From positions 52,027-116,026 of the forward strand of contig CAWFGB010000003.1 in the NCBI GenBank assembly GCA_963815285.1: DNA of 64,000 nucleotides, in the 5' to 3' direction. Below, in pieces: positions 46,237 to 55,256 of this stretch. The DNA comes from an uncultured Acidobacteriota bacterium. Its GTDB lineage: Bacteria; Acidobacteriota; Vicinamibacteria; Vicinamibacterales; UBA2999. The notes under the pieces were generated by a model that was given only the letters and a program-made list of their open reading frames with translations, was not told the origin of the DNA and made no database searches. Within the stretch, counting starts at the first letter, position 1; each line of letters opens with the position of its first letter. A program made the translations under genes and the position numbers.

Positions 46237-46566
46237 ATGGCCGCATCTCTTGGCGAGTTCGAAGTCCTCATCTTGCTCGCGGTCCTGCGCCTCACCGACG
46301 CGGCCGCCTATCCGCCCGCCATTCGCGCCGACATCGAACGCCGCGCCGGCCGCGCCGTGCAACGGGGCGCCGTTTACGTCACGCTCGACCGGCTCGAAAG
46401 CAAGGGCCTGCTCACATCCCGCGTGGACGAAGCCGGCGCCGAGCCCGGTCGCCCGCGCCGCTTCTACAGTGTCTCCGCCAAGGGCCTGCGCGCCGTCAGA
46501 CGTGCGCTCCACGCCGTCGAACAGATGCGCGCCGGCCTCGAACCGCTCCTCGACGAGCCACGCTGA
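46237..46566 (+). CDS. PadR-family transcriptional regulator
   Basis: LGEFEVLILLAVLRL..VQRGAVYVTLDRLESKGLL. Start chosen by alignment to the divergent paralog (the ORF track gives 46216). Confidence 0.85.
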   Translation: MAASLGEFEVLILLAVLRLTDAAAYPPAIRADIERRAGRAVQRGAVYVTLDRLESKGLLTSRVDEAGAEPGRPRRFYSVSAKGLRAVRRALHAVEQMRAGLEPLLDEPR

Positions 46567-49184
46567 TGGCGGGCCTTCCTCGTACCGCCGCATGGCTCAT
46601 CCGCCGAGTGGTATCGCGCGATCGCGCCGACACAGTGCTCGCCGACCTGGAAACCGACTACGCCGCGGCCTCGGGGCGCGGCGCAGCCCGCTGGTGGTTG
46701 ATGCGCGAAACGATGTCCCTCCTCGCGTCCTACGTGACCGCCCGGTTCGCCTCCGCGAGAAACGCGTTTCCCATATGGGTGCGGGATGTGCAACTGGTCA
46801 TGCGGGGCCTTCGTGGGGGAAAGGTGGCAGCGCTCTCCGCATCCGCCCTCCTCGCTGTCGGCCTGGCCGCGGTGCTGCTGTCGGCTGGTCTCGCCGAGGC
46901 GTTGCTCTTCCGGTCGGTGAGTGCGACGCACCCCGACACGCTGCGACGGATCGTGGCCAACGATCGCACAGGCGGCCTCGTCACGCGCTTCTCGTTCCTC
47001 GAGCTCGAGGTCGTGCGCCAGCAGCTCCAGGGTGGTGCCGAAATCGCCGCGGTCTACCTCCAACCAGTCGTGCTGAGAGCCGGAAACATTGACTTGCAGA
47101 CGATGGCCGAAGTGGTCGAAGGTCCGTACTTCGGACTGACCGGCACGCGGCTCATCATCGGACGCGGTTTGATGACGCACGACGAACGCGCCGACGCGCC
47201 ACCGGTTGCGGTCATCGCCGCGCCACTCTGGCGCCGGCACTTCGACGCCTCGTCCGGTGTTCTCGGCCTGCCGATCCGCCTCAATGGCGCCACCTACACC
47301 GTGATTGGTGTCGCAGACAGCCTCGGATCCAGCACGTTTCTCGGCGCCAGCGTTGACGCCTGGGTGCCGCTCGCGCGAGCCGATCCGCTGCTGAACGCCG
47401 GCTGGCGTACCAATGTGCAAGACCGCTGGTTCACCCCCTTTGCCTTGCCTCGAGGCGGCGACGCCGAAGTCGATGCGCGGCTCTTAGCGGCCCGCGACGC
47501 TCTCGCACGTGTGCAGGCGGACCCCTGGCGCGAGCGCACGCTGCACACGATCGAAGCCACCGCCATGGTCGGCACCCTGCGGACCGCTTCCGGCGTGCTC
47601 GCGGCGGTGCTCGTCGGTTTGTCGGTACTCATCCTGCTTGCGTCCGCTTCCAACGTCGCCGGCGTGCTGCTGGCACGAGCCGTCGTCAGCGCAAGGTCCT
47701 CCGCCATTCACCGATCGATGGGTGCAGGACGCCTTGCCATCGCCCGCCGACAACTTCTCGAAGGCGCCGTCCTCGGCGCGGTCGCGGGCGCTGGCGCCAT
47801 TGGTCTCTACGCGTGGGCTCGCATCGCACTAGCCGAGATTGCCCTGCTCCCCACGCTGGCGTTTCGGCTGAACCTGCCGCTCGACGGCCGCGTCGTCTTC
47901 CTTGCCGTGGGCGGGGGGATCCTGGCCGGCCTGCTCCTGTCGGTGGGGCCTGCGCTCTGGATGATGAGACTTGACGTCACAAGCGCCTTACGCGACGGCG
48001 GCGAGCCGAGCGGCGGCGCAAGCCCGCGGGTGTCGTGGGCGCGCCTGGTCCTGGTCTCGGCACAAATCAGCCTTTCGCTCGTCCTCATCGTCGGGGCCAC
48101 ACTGTTGTCGCGCAGTCTCGAGGCCCTGGTGGAAGCAGATCTGGGCTTGGCCCGCGAGCAACTCGTCGCCATGGATTTCGATGTCGAGCCGGCTGGCCTT
48201 GATGCCGCCGCCACGAAGAGTCTTGCTCGCGACGTGCTCACGCGGGTGGGCGCGCTTCCCGGCGTCGAGAGCGTCGCCATGTCCAACCGCACCCCGATCG
48301 ATCAATCGACACCGACCCTGGAGGTTGGTGTGCCTGGCGCCACTGCGAACACGGTGGCGGACGTGACCATGTATCTCGCGACGGAACGTTACTTCGAGAC
48401 GGTGGGAGTGCCACTGGTGGCCGGCCGACCGTTCACGACAAGCGAGACCGCGACGGGCGCTGATGTCGTCATCGTCAACCAGGCATTGGCGACACGCCTA
48501 TGGCCTGACGCCGCGGCGCTGGAACAGGCGTTGTACCTCCCAGGTGAGCAGAAGGCAATCCGCGTCGTCGGCGTCGCGCGTGATTCGAAGTACCGCACGC
48601 TCACGGAAGCGGCGCGCCCTCACATCTACCGGCCGACAGCACCAGCGCTGGGCTTGTCGCTGCTGGCTCGCACCGCAAGCGACCCTCGGGCCGCGCTCCG
48701 ACTCATTCAACGCGAGCTGGACACTATCGGGCCAGGGCTGATCGGCTTCTTCCCGCGAACGCTCGAAGACCACCTCGCCGTGCAGTTGCTACCGACGCGC
48801 GCGGCGGCCGGCGCAGCCACGGCGCTCGGCACGCTTGCGCTCGTCCTGAGCGCGGCGGCGCTGTACGCACTGGTTTCGTGGTTTGTGCTTTTGCGCGCCC
48901 GTGAGATCAGCGTGCGGATGGCGCTCGGCGCCTCGCCACAGCAGGTGCAGCGACTGATCGTCCGTCAGGCGCTCGTCACGGCAATGCCCGGACTAGCCGT
49001 GGGGACCCTGCTGAGCATCGCGATGGCAATGGTCGCCCGCTCGGCGCTATTTGGCGTCAGCCCCTACGATCTAGTCTCGCTCGGCAGCGGGATCGCCGTG
49101 CTGCTGGCCGTCGTCGTGATGGCGGGCTACCTGCCGAGCGTTCGCGCTACGAAGGTGCATCCGTCCGCGGCGTTGCGCCAGTAG
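46566..49184 (+). CDS. ADOP-family duplicated MacB/FtsX-like permease
   Basis: The ATG overlaps the PadR TGA (TGATG). Prefix LIRRVVSRDRADTVLADLETDYA, then two permease halves. The ORF track's 5' extension to 46185 overlaps PadR in another frame and is rejected. Confidence 0.85.
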   Translation: MAGLPRTAAWLIRRVVSRDRADTVLADLETDYAAASGRGAARWWLMRETMSLLASYVTARFASARNAFPIWVRDVQLVMRGLRGGKVAALSASALLAVGLAAVLLSAGLAEALLFRSVSATHPDTLRRIVANDRTGGLVTRFSFLELEVVRQQLQGGAEIAAVYLQPVVLRAGNIDLQTMAEVVEGPYFGLTGTRLIIGRGLMTHDERADAPPVAVIAAPLWRRHFDASSGVLGLPIRLNGATYTVIGVADSLGSSTFLGASVDAWVPLARADPLLNAGWRTNVQDRWFTPFALPRGGDAEVDARLLAARDALARVQADPWRERTLHTIEATAMVGTLRTASGVLAAVLVGLSVLILLASASNVAGVLLARAVVSARSSAIHRSMGAGRLAIARRQLLEGAVLGAVAGAGAIGLYAWARIALAEIALLPTLAFRLNLPLDGRVVFLAVGGGILAGLLLSVGPALWMMRLDVTSALRDGGEPSGGASPRVSWARLVLVSAQISLSLVLIVGATLLSRSLEALVEADLGLAREQLVAMDFDVEPAGLDAAATKSLARDVLTRVGALPGVESVAMSNRTPIDQSTPTLEVGVPGATANTVADVTMYLATERYFETVGVPLVAGRPFTTSETATGADVVIVNQALATRLWPDAAALEQALYLPGEQKAIRVVGVARDSKYRTLTEAARPHIYRPTAPALGLSLLARTASDPRAALRLIQRELDTIGPGLIGFFPRTLEDHLAVQLLPTRAAAGAATALGTLALVLSAAALYALVSWFVLLRAREISVRMALGASPQQVQRLIVRQALVTAMPGLAVGTLLSIAMAMVARSALFGVSPYDLVSLGSGIAVLLAVVVMAGYLPSVRATKVHPSAALRQ

Positions 49185-49554
49185 TGCCGGTCGTGCCATT
49201 GGCTTTGCCGTTGACCGATTCGAGCCACGTGGCGATCTGCTCGCGTGACCAGCGGTGGGCGTCGTTGATGTGCACGATGAGGGCTGACAGCACCAGCTTT
49301 TTTTTGCATCCCTCGAACGGGCAGGTGCGAATGGTCCCCTCGAGGACATCGAAGAACCACTCGAGATCCTTGGTCGGCCTCGTGCCCTCGACGTTCTCCG
49401 GAAGGCGATACATGCCTTCGTATGCGGCGCCGAGCGCGCATGACGCGAACTTGCCCTTGAAGTAATCGCCGTAGGCCTGCTCCGGACGGCGCGACGCGCC
49501 CGCCCGGATGAATGCCGCCAGTTCCCGTTCGCCGTGGTGGTCTTCCTTGGACAT
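49147..49554 (-). CDS. Small cytoplasmic hypothetical protein (135 aa) with Cys/His-containing motif
   Basis: GC-rich third positions. CPFEGCKKKLVLSALIVHINDAHRWSREQIATWL. Overlaps the convergent permease end by 38 nt. Confidence 0.6.
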   Translation of the reverse strand: MSKEDHHGERELAAFIRAGASRRPEQAYGDYFKGKFASCALGAAYEGMYRLPENVEGTRPTKDLEWFFDVLEGTIRTCPFEGCKKKLVLSALIVHINDAHRWSREQIATWLESVNGKANGTTGTTGATPRTDAPS

Positions 49555-49576
49555 GGGGGCACTCCGTTTTAAGGCT

Positions 49577-49659
49577 GGTGGGTGAGGCAGGGCGCGTGAG
49601 CCGGGTGGGGTGGCACGGAACCCCTACCCGCCTGACCCGCCTTACCTGGCCAACCCACC
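49577..49659. repeat. Imperfect long hairpin containing GCCTTACCTGGCC, between the LytTR regulator gene and the small downstream gene
   Basis: GGTGGGTGAGGCAGG (49577-49591) versus CCTGGCCAACCCACC (49645-49659), 12/15 complementary. GGGTGGGG versus CCCCTACCC. Confidence 0.5.
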
Positions 49660-49665
49660 CCTATC

Positions 49666-50436
49666 CTAAAACGCTTTGCCGAGTCGTTCCTGCAATTTCT
49701 CGCGATACCCGCGGCTGAGCGTCAGCCGGGCGCCATTCTGCAGCACGACCACGTATTCGCCGTTGAACCAGGGCTGCAGTTCTTTGATGCGATCGGTGTT
49801 CACGATACGCGAGCGATGAATGCGCACGAAGCGGTGGCCATCGAGCCGCGCCTCCATGTTGTTCATAGTCTCGCGGAACAGGTGCGAGTCTTCGCCCAGG
49901 TGCAGCTTGACGTAGTTGCCGGCCGCCTCGATCCAGTCGATCTCGTCGGTACGCAGGAAGAACACGCGTCCGCCCGACTTGACGACGAGGCGATCGAGCT
50001 TTTGCGGCTCGGGTTTGAGATCCTGCACCAGCGCGAGCAGGCGCTTGCCGAGGTCGCCGGCGCGGCGCCGTTCGAGGTGCTCGCGCGCATGCTGCAGGGT
50101 CTGCTGGAAGCGATCGCGGCCAAACGGCTTGAGCAGATAGTCGATCGCGTGCACCTCGAACGCCTTGAGGGCATATTCGTCATAGGCGGTGACAAACACG
50201 ACGGGCGGCATCCGCTCAGCGCCGACCTGCTCGATAACGCCGAAGCCGTCGCAGACCGGCATCTGCACGTCGAGGAAGACCAGATCGGGGTGCTGATGCT
50301 GGATGGCGTTGATGGCCTGCTGGCCATCGGCGCACTCCCCCACCAGCTCGATGTCATTTTCCTGTGACAACAACCCGACCATTCGCTCCCTGGCGACCGG
50401 CTCGTCGTCAACGACCATTGTTCGAATCTTGCTCAC
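49666..50436 (-). CDS. LytR/AlgR-family response regulator (receiver + LytTR DNA-binding domain)
   Basis: VVDDEPVARERM..DLVFLDVQMP receiver. LytTR block IDWIEAAGNYVKLHL..HRFVRIHRSRIVN. Confidence 0.9.
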   Translation of the reverse strand: MSKIRTMVVDDEPVARERMVGLLSQENDIELVGECADGQQAINAIQHQHPDLVFLDVQMPVCDGFGVIEQVGAERMPPVVFVTAYDEYALKAFEVHAIDYLLKPFGRDRFQQTLQHAREHLERRRAGDLGKRLLALVQDLKPEPQKLDRLVVKSGGRVFFLRTDEIDWIEAAGNYVKLHLGEDSHLFRETMNNMEARLDGHRFVRIHRSRIVNTDRIKELQPWFNGEYVVVLQNGARLTLSRGYREKLQERLGKAF

Positions 50437-51698
50437 GCGACACCCTCCGTTATCTCTTGGACGGCTTCCGAAAGTTCGACGAGCGGAATCGCAATCAGCA
50501 CCGACAGCCCGCCGCCTGGCGGCTGACGGAACTCGAAGCGGTGCGACGACCCGTAGAGATGCTGCAGTCGCGACCGCGTGTTGCCTAGACCAATTCCGCG
50601 ATTGAAATCCGTGAGACGGGCGGCCGACAGGCCGACGCCGTTGTCTTTGACCTCCAGCTCGAGCATGCTGCCGATGCGGCGGCTGCGAATGTGGATCTGC
50701 CCGGGTGCCGCACGCGGGCCGATCCCGTGCTTGATAGCGTTTTCGACGAGCGGCTGCAGCACAAGGTTGGGAACGAGCGCGTCGAGCGTTTCCGGCTGCA
50801 CATCGAACACTACGGTCAGACGATCGCGAAATCGGGTTTGTTCGATTTCGAGATACTTGGACAGGAAGTCGAGCTCCTGGTTGAGCGGCACTTCCTGCAC
50901 GCCGACGCTATGCAAGGAGATGCGCAGCAGGTCGCTCAATTTCGCGATCATGTTGTCGGCCGCGTTGACGTCTCGGTGCATCAACGCCGAAATCGTATTG
51001 AGCGTGTTGAATAGAAAATGCGGCTGCAGCTGCCGCTGCAACGCCTGCAGGCGCGCTTCGGCGAGATGGGTTTCGAGCTGGCTGGTCCGCAACGCGCGGT
51101 CCTGCGCCTCACTGTGATAGCGCAGGGCGTGACTGAGCCCGACGATGGCCCAATAGGTCATCATTTCCCAATCGAAGTTGTTGAAGAACATCGATTGGGC
51201 TTCCCGCACCCACGAGCGCTCTTCTTGTCCGACAATCCACACGATGAACGTCTGCGACGAGGTCGACAGCGCGACGTGGACCATCGTGATGACGAAGACG
51301 CCCGGGATGTGCACCGCGAGGGCGGACTTCCATGAGCCGCGCTCGATGAACGGGGCCTTGCGTGCAAGGTACAGAATCGCCGGCGTGAGCGCCGCCCACG
51401 AATACCAGTAGCCCAGGTTGAGCGCGAGCAGGAACGGCAGAGACGCATGCCATTCGGTGAACGTCGTGACGTAGTAGTACGCCTGGAACCCGGAAAACAA
51501 TCCGAGCGCAGTCGCAACACCGAAGATCAGGCGGGAGCGGAGATAGACATCGCGGCGCGGCATCGCGCGACTATCGCGATCGGATGAACGCTCGTCAAGC
51601 GTCTCGGTATGCATGTCGCGCAACCGTCGCGCGAAGCCGTCCCTAATATCCTGCATTTGGTCCCAACATTCACACCAGTCACCACGTGAAACGCGCAC
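50433..51698 (-). CDS. LytS/YehU-type sensor histidine kinase (polytopic N-domain, His_kinase, HATPase)
   Basis: LQPHFLFNTLNTISALM (His_kinase H-box), LVENAIKHGI, DNGVGL. 4-nt overlap with the regulator gene. The true start may be an internal ATG (51656, 51614 or 51563). Confidence 0.85.
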   Translation of the reverse strand: MRVSRGDWCECWDQMQDIRDGFARRLRDMHTETLDERSSDRDSRAMPRRDVYLRSRLIFGVATALGLFSGFQAYYYVTTFTEWHASLPFLLALNLGYWYSWAALTPAILYLARKAPFIERGSWKSALAVHIPGVFVITMVHVALSTSSQTFIVWIVGQEERSWVREAQSMFFNNFDWEMMTYWAIVGLSHALRYHSEAQDRALRTSQLETHLAEARLQALQRQLQPHFLFNTLNTISALMHRDVNAADNMIAKLSDLLRISLHSVGVQEVPLNQELDFLSKYLEIEQTRFRDRLTVVFDVQPETLDALVPNLVLQPLVENAIKHGIGPRAAPGQIHIRSRRIGSMLELEVKDNGVGLSAARLTDFNRGIGLGNTRSRLQHLYGSSHRFEFRQPPGGGLSVLIAIPLVELSEAVQEITEGVA

Positions 51699-52192
51699 TC
51701 TGCGTCATTTCGAGCGTGATCGATCAAGAGGTGCAGCGGGATACCCTTATGCGAACGTTATGCCGCACTGCCCTGGCGTCACGGGCAATTCGACTGGTGC
51801 CCGCGAAGAACTCTTACCGGTCTTTCGTCACGGCGTTCACAGGGCTCCCAGATAGGACTCGGGCAACAGGGCTCGAGACCACAAAGGGCATGGGCCCACA
51901 AAGGTTCTCGAGGCGCAGGGGTACACCCGGTTCCGAGCACGCGAGCATTCGGCCCCGCGTTCCGGAGTCTGGATTCAGGCAACAGAATTCAATTGCAAGG
52001 ATCGGTTGCAGACGCGTTCTCTAACATTCCCTCTGTAATTCCCGGAATTTATGTGAGGTCGCCGCGGGTGAAGCCGATTGGGGACGCCCGAGAAAGTGTC
52101 CGCTTCTGGAAAACGTCGTCGCGAATTCGCGCAAGGCGACAGAGCACCGCCGCCAAGAACCCAGTTCCGGAGAGCCCCGTGAGCGCTCCGAC

Positions 52193-52286
52193 TGGAACCC
52201 GGTGGTGGAACCCGCGGGGTGGTACCCGGCGTGAATGGAACCCCGTGAATGGAACCGTGCGCCCTGTTGCGGGATCCGGTGGTTCC
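52193..52286. repeat. Array of TGGAACC-type heptamers at 13-16-nt spacing
   Basis: TGGAACC at 52193, 52206, 52236, 52250. TGGTACC at 52220. TGGTTCC at 52280. Perfect duplication GTGAATGGAACC x2. Confidence 0.6.
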
Positions 52287-52298
52287 CCCGTCGTCCAG

Positions 52299-54506
52299 TT
52301 ATTCAGGTTTCAGGAGAAGAAATCCAAGCGGCGGGAGCGTGAGGCACATGGAGCATTCGAACCCATGCGACGGCTCGGCTAGCGTTTCGACCCGGCCGCC
52401 GTTGCCGACGTTGCTGCCGCCGTAGACGCCAGCGTCGCTGTTGAGCACCTCCCGATAGTCCCGCGGTCCCGGGACCCCGATCCGATATCCCTGGCGCGGA
52501 ATCGGCGTGAAGTTCACAACGGTCACCGTGTGGTCGCGTCCGTCGTCGGCAAACCGCACGAACGAGATCACGCTGTTGGTGTTGTCGTTCGGATCGATCC
52601 AGCGGAACCCCCGGCCCTCGAAATCGACCTCCCATAGCGACCGCTCCGCCTGATAAACACGATTGAGGTCGCGGACCCAGCGCTGCATGGCCTCGTGCTG
52701 CGGATCGCTCAGGCCTTCCCAGTCCAGCTGGGAGTCGTGATTCCATTCCCGCCACTGCGCGATCTCGCTCCCCATGAACATGTGCTTCTTGCCCGGATGG
52801 GTGAACATGTAGCCGTACAGCGCACGCAGGTTGGCGTGCTTCTGCCAGGCGTCGCCCGGCATCTTGTTGATCATCGAGCCCTTGCCGTAGACGACTTCGT
52901 CGTGTGAGAACGGCAGGATGAAGTTCTCGCTGAATGCGTACAACATCGAGAAGGTGATCTTCTGGTGGTGGTAGCGCCGATAAATCGGATCCTGCTTGCA
53001 GTAATCCAGCATGTCGTGCATCCAGCCCATGTTCCACTTGTAGGTGAAGCCGAGCCCGCCCAGATGTACCGGCCGGCTGACTCCGGGCCAGGACGTGGAC
53101 TCTTCAGCAATCACCGGGACGTCGGGGTGCTCGGCGCCGAGCCGGCGATTGAGCTCGTGGAGAAAATTGATGGCCTGGAGATTTTCGCGGCCGCCGAACT
53201 CATTGGGGACCCACTCCCCTGCCTTGCGCGAGTAATCGAGGTAGAGCATCGAGGCGACCGCGTCGACACGTAGAGCATCGGCGTGAAACTCCTCGATCCA
53301 GTAGAGCGCATTACTGAGGAGAAAGGATCGCACTTCGCGACGGCCGTAGTTGAAGATGAACGTTCCCCAATCCTGATGGACGCCCTGTCGAGGATCGGCG
53401 TGTTCGTAGAGCGCCGTACCGTCAAAGCGTCCGAGACCGTGCAGGTCGTTGGGAAAGTGGCCAGGCACCCAATCGAGGATCACGCCAATGCCCGCGCGGT
53501 GGCAGGCATCCACGAAGTACTTGAAATCATCCGGCTGCCCAAAGCGGCTGGTCGGCGCGAAGAACCCGATGACCTGATAGCCCCACGAGCCGCCAAACGG
53601 ATGCTCCATGATCGGCATCAGCTCGATATGCGTGAAACCCAGGTCGCGGACGTAGGGCACGAGCGTTTCCGCCAGCTCGCGATACGAGAGCGACTGACCG
53701 TCGTGGTGGCGCCGCCAGCTCCCCATGTGCACTTCATAGACCGACATCGGGTCGCGCTGACGCATCCCGCGGGCGCGGCGATCCGCCAGCCACGCCTCGT
53801 CTGACCAGGTGAACCCGCCGGTGTACACGATGGACGCGGTTTGCGGTGGCGTTTCGAAATAGCGCCCGTAGGGATCGGCCTTGAGCATGGCCGGCCCGTT
53901 CGGCGGCAGGACCTCGAATTTATAGCGTCCGCCTTCGCCTAATTCGGGCAGGAAGATCTCCCACAAGCCCGACGAGACGAGCGATCGCATCGGGTGCACC
54001 CGACCGTCCCACCCGTTGAAGTCGCCGACCACGCTGACGCGGCGCGCTGTCGGCGCCCAGACCGCGAAGTGCACCCCGCGCGTGCCGTGTGTGATTGTGC
54101 GCGCGCCGAGTCGATCGAACGCTCGCAAGTGTGTGCCTTCGGCGAAGAGATGTTGATCGAATCCGGTCAGCACCGGGCCGTATCGATACGGGTCGTCGAA
54201 CTCGCTGGCCGACCCGTCGGTCCACGTCGCCCGAAGACGGTAATCGAGTTGTGCGCGCGTGGTGTCGGGCAGGAACGCCTCGAAGAAGCCATCCGGGTGC
54301 AGGCGCATCATCGCCGTTGTACGACCGTCGAGGACGGTGTGGACGGCCATCTCCGCGGCATACGGACGAAACGCCCGGACGGCAACCCCCGTTTGACCGT
54401 TGCTCGTCACATCGTGCGGGCCGAGCACGGCGAAGGGATCGGCGTGGACACCGAGCGCGATCGAATCGATCGCACCGAATGGCAGGGTCGCTGAAGCGCT
54501 GGACAT
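52299..54506 (-). CDS. glgB: 1,4-alpha-glucan branching enzyme
   Basis: [12 protein letters not shown]-terminus, [66 protein letters not shown]-like [17 protein letters not shown] at 54506 chosen over the ORF-track 54578. Confidence 0.95.
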   Translation of the reverse strand: MSSASATLPFGAIDSIALGVHADPFAVLGPHDVTSNGQTGVAVRAFRPYAAEMAVHTVLDGRTTAMMRLHPDGFFEAFLPDTTRAQLDYRLRATWTDGSASEFDDPYRYGPVLTGFDQHLFAEGTHLRAFDRLGARTITHGTRGVHFAVWAPTARRVSVVGDFNGWDGRVHPMRSLVSSGLWEIFLPELGEGGRYKFEVLPPNGPAMLKADPYGRYFETPPQTASIVYTGGFTWSDEAWLADRRARGMRQRDPMSVYEVHMGSWRRHHDGQSLSYRELAETLVPYVRDLGFTHIELMPIMEHPFGGSWGYQVIGFFAPTSRFGQPDDFKYFVDACHRAGIGVILDWVPGHFPNDLHGLGRFDGTALYEHADPRQGVHQDWGTFIFNYGRREVRSFLLSNALYWIEEFHADALRVDAVASMLYLDYSRKAGEWVPNEFGGRENLQAINFLHELNRRLGAEHPDVPVIAEESTSWPGVSRPVHLGGLGFTYKWNMGWMHDMLDYCKQDPIYRRYHHQKITFSMLYAFSENFILPFSHDEVVYGKGSMINKMPGDAWQKHANLRALYGYMFTHPGKKHMFMGSEIAQWREWNHDSQLDWEGLSDPQHEAMQRWVRDLNRVYQAERSLWEVDFEGRGFRWIDPNDNTNSVISFVRFADDGRDHTVTVVNFTPIPRQGYRIGVPGPRDYREVLNSDAGVYGGSNVGNGGRVETLAEPSHGFECSMCLTLPPLGFLLLKPE

Positions 54507-54571
54507 CAGTGAATTATCACTCCGCTTTTGTGCTTGACTGAGCCCCAATCCCCGATCCCTGATCGGTATGT

Positions 54572-55084
54572 ATGCCAACGTTTGCGAAGTTCAGCACTAC
54601 TGAAGGCGACTTCAAGATCCGCCTTTACGACGACAAAGCACCAAAGACCGTGGCCAACTTCGTCGGGCTGGCGGAAGGCACCCAGGAATGGACCGATCCG
54701 AAGACGCGGCAGAAGGTGAAGCGGCCGTTCTACGACGGGCTCATCTTCCATCGCGTCATTGACGGGTTCATGCTTCAGGGGGGTTGCCCCATGGGTTCAG
54801 GCGTGGGGGGCCCCGGCTACCAGTTCGCGGATGAGTTTGGCCCAGGGCTCAAGCACGACCGACCCGGGCTCCTGTCGATGGCCAATTCCGGACCCAACAC
54901 CAACGGCAGCCAGTTTTTCGTGACGCTGGTGCCCACGCCGTGGCTGGACAACAAGCACGCACTGTTCGGCGAAGTTGTAGAAGGGATGGACGTGGTTCAG
55001 AAGATTGGAAAGAGGCCCACTGGACGCAACGACCGGCCCGTGAACGACATTGTCATCAATTCAGTGCAGATCGAAAGAGCATGA
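54572..55084 (+). CDS. ppiB: Cyclophilin-type peptidyl-prolyl cis-trans isomerase
   Basis: [51 protein letters not shown]. Confidence 0.95.
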   Translation: MPTFAKFSTTEGDFKIRLYDDKAPKTVANFVGLAEGTQEWTDPKTRQKVKRPFYDGLIFHRVIDGFMLQGGCPMGSGVGGPGYQFADEFGPGLKHDRPGLLSMANSGPNTNGSQFFVTLVPTPWLDNKHALFGEVVEGMDVVQKIGKRPTGRNDRPVNDIVINSVQIERA

Positions 55085-55091
55085 GCCAGAT

Positions 55092-55171
55092 GGGCAGGTA
55101 GAGCGGGGGCCGGCAAGGACGGGCGGACGGCGAGTCGCCGCCCTGATTTGCCCCGATTGCCTTACCTGCCC
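55092..55171. repeat. Imperfect long hairpin ending in the GCCTTACCTGCCC element; probable ppiB terminator / REP-like element
   Basis: GGGCAGGTA (55092-55100) pairs with TACCTGCCC (55163-55171). Inner pairs are GGCAA/TTGCC, GGGCGG/CCGCCC and CGGCG-agt-CGCCG. Confidence 0.5.
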
Positions 55172-55256
55172 GACTTGACCAACCTAGCCCACCCCACCTT
55201 ACTGTCCACCCGCCCGACCAGGCGTACGTGGAGCCATCTTTGCACTAGAGCCTGTC

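Noticed and set aside
49298-49305. A T8 homopolymer inside the small hypothetical gene (encoding KKK) and an A8 run at 23288-23295 inside the HupE-like gene (encoding FF), considered as phase-variation switches.
   Set aside because: - Eight-nt runs are short for efficient slippage.
- Both are in frame with plausible residues.
- There is no sign of alternative frames producing meaningful products.
51961-52300. Possible tmRNA or RNase P RNA, prompted by TCTGGATTC and GGTGGTGGAACCCGCGGGG strings.
   Set aside because: - I could not find a tRNA-like acceptor/T-arm with a CCA-proximal end.
- I could not find a tag-peptide reading frame ending in a stop.
- I could not find the GGAAAGTCCGG core of RNase P.
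- The resemblance is limited to 8-9 nt.
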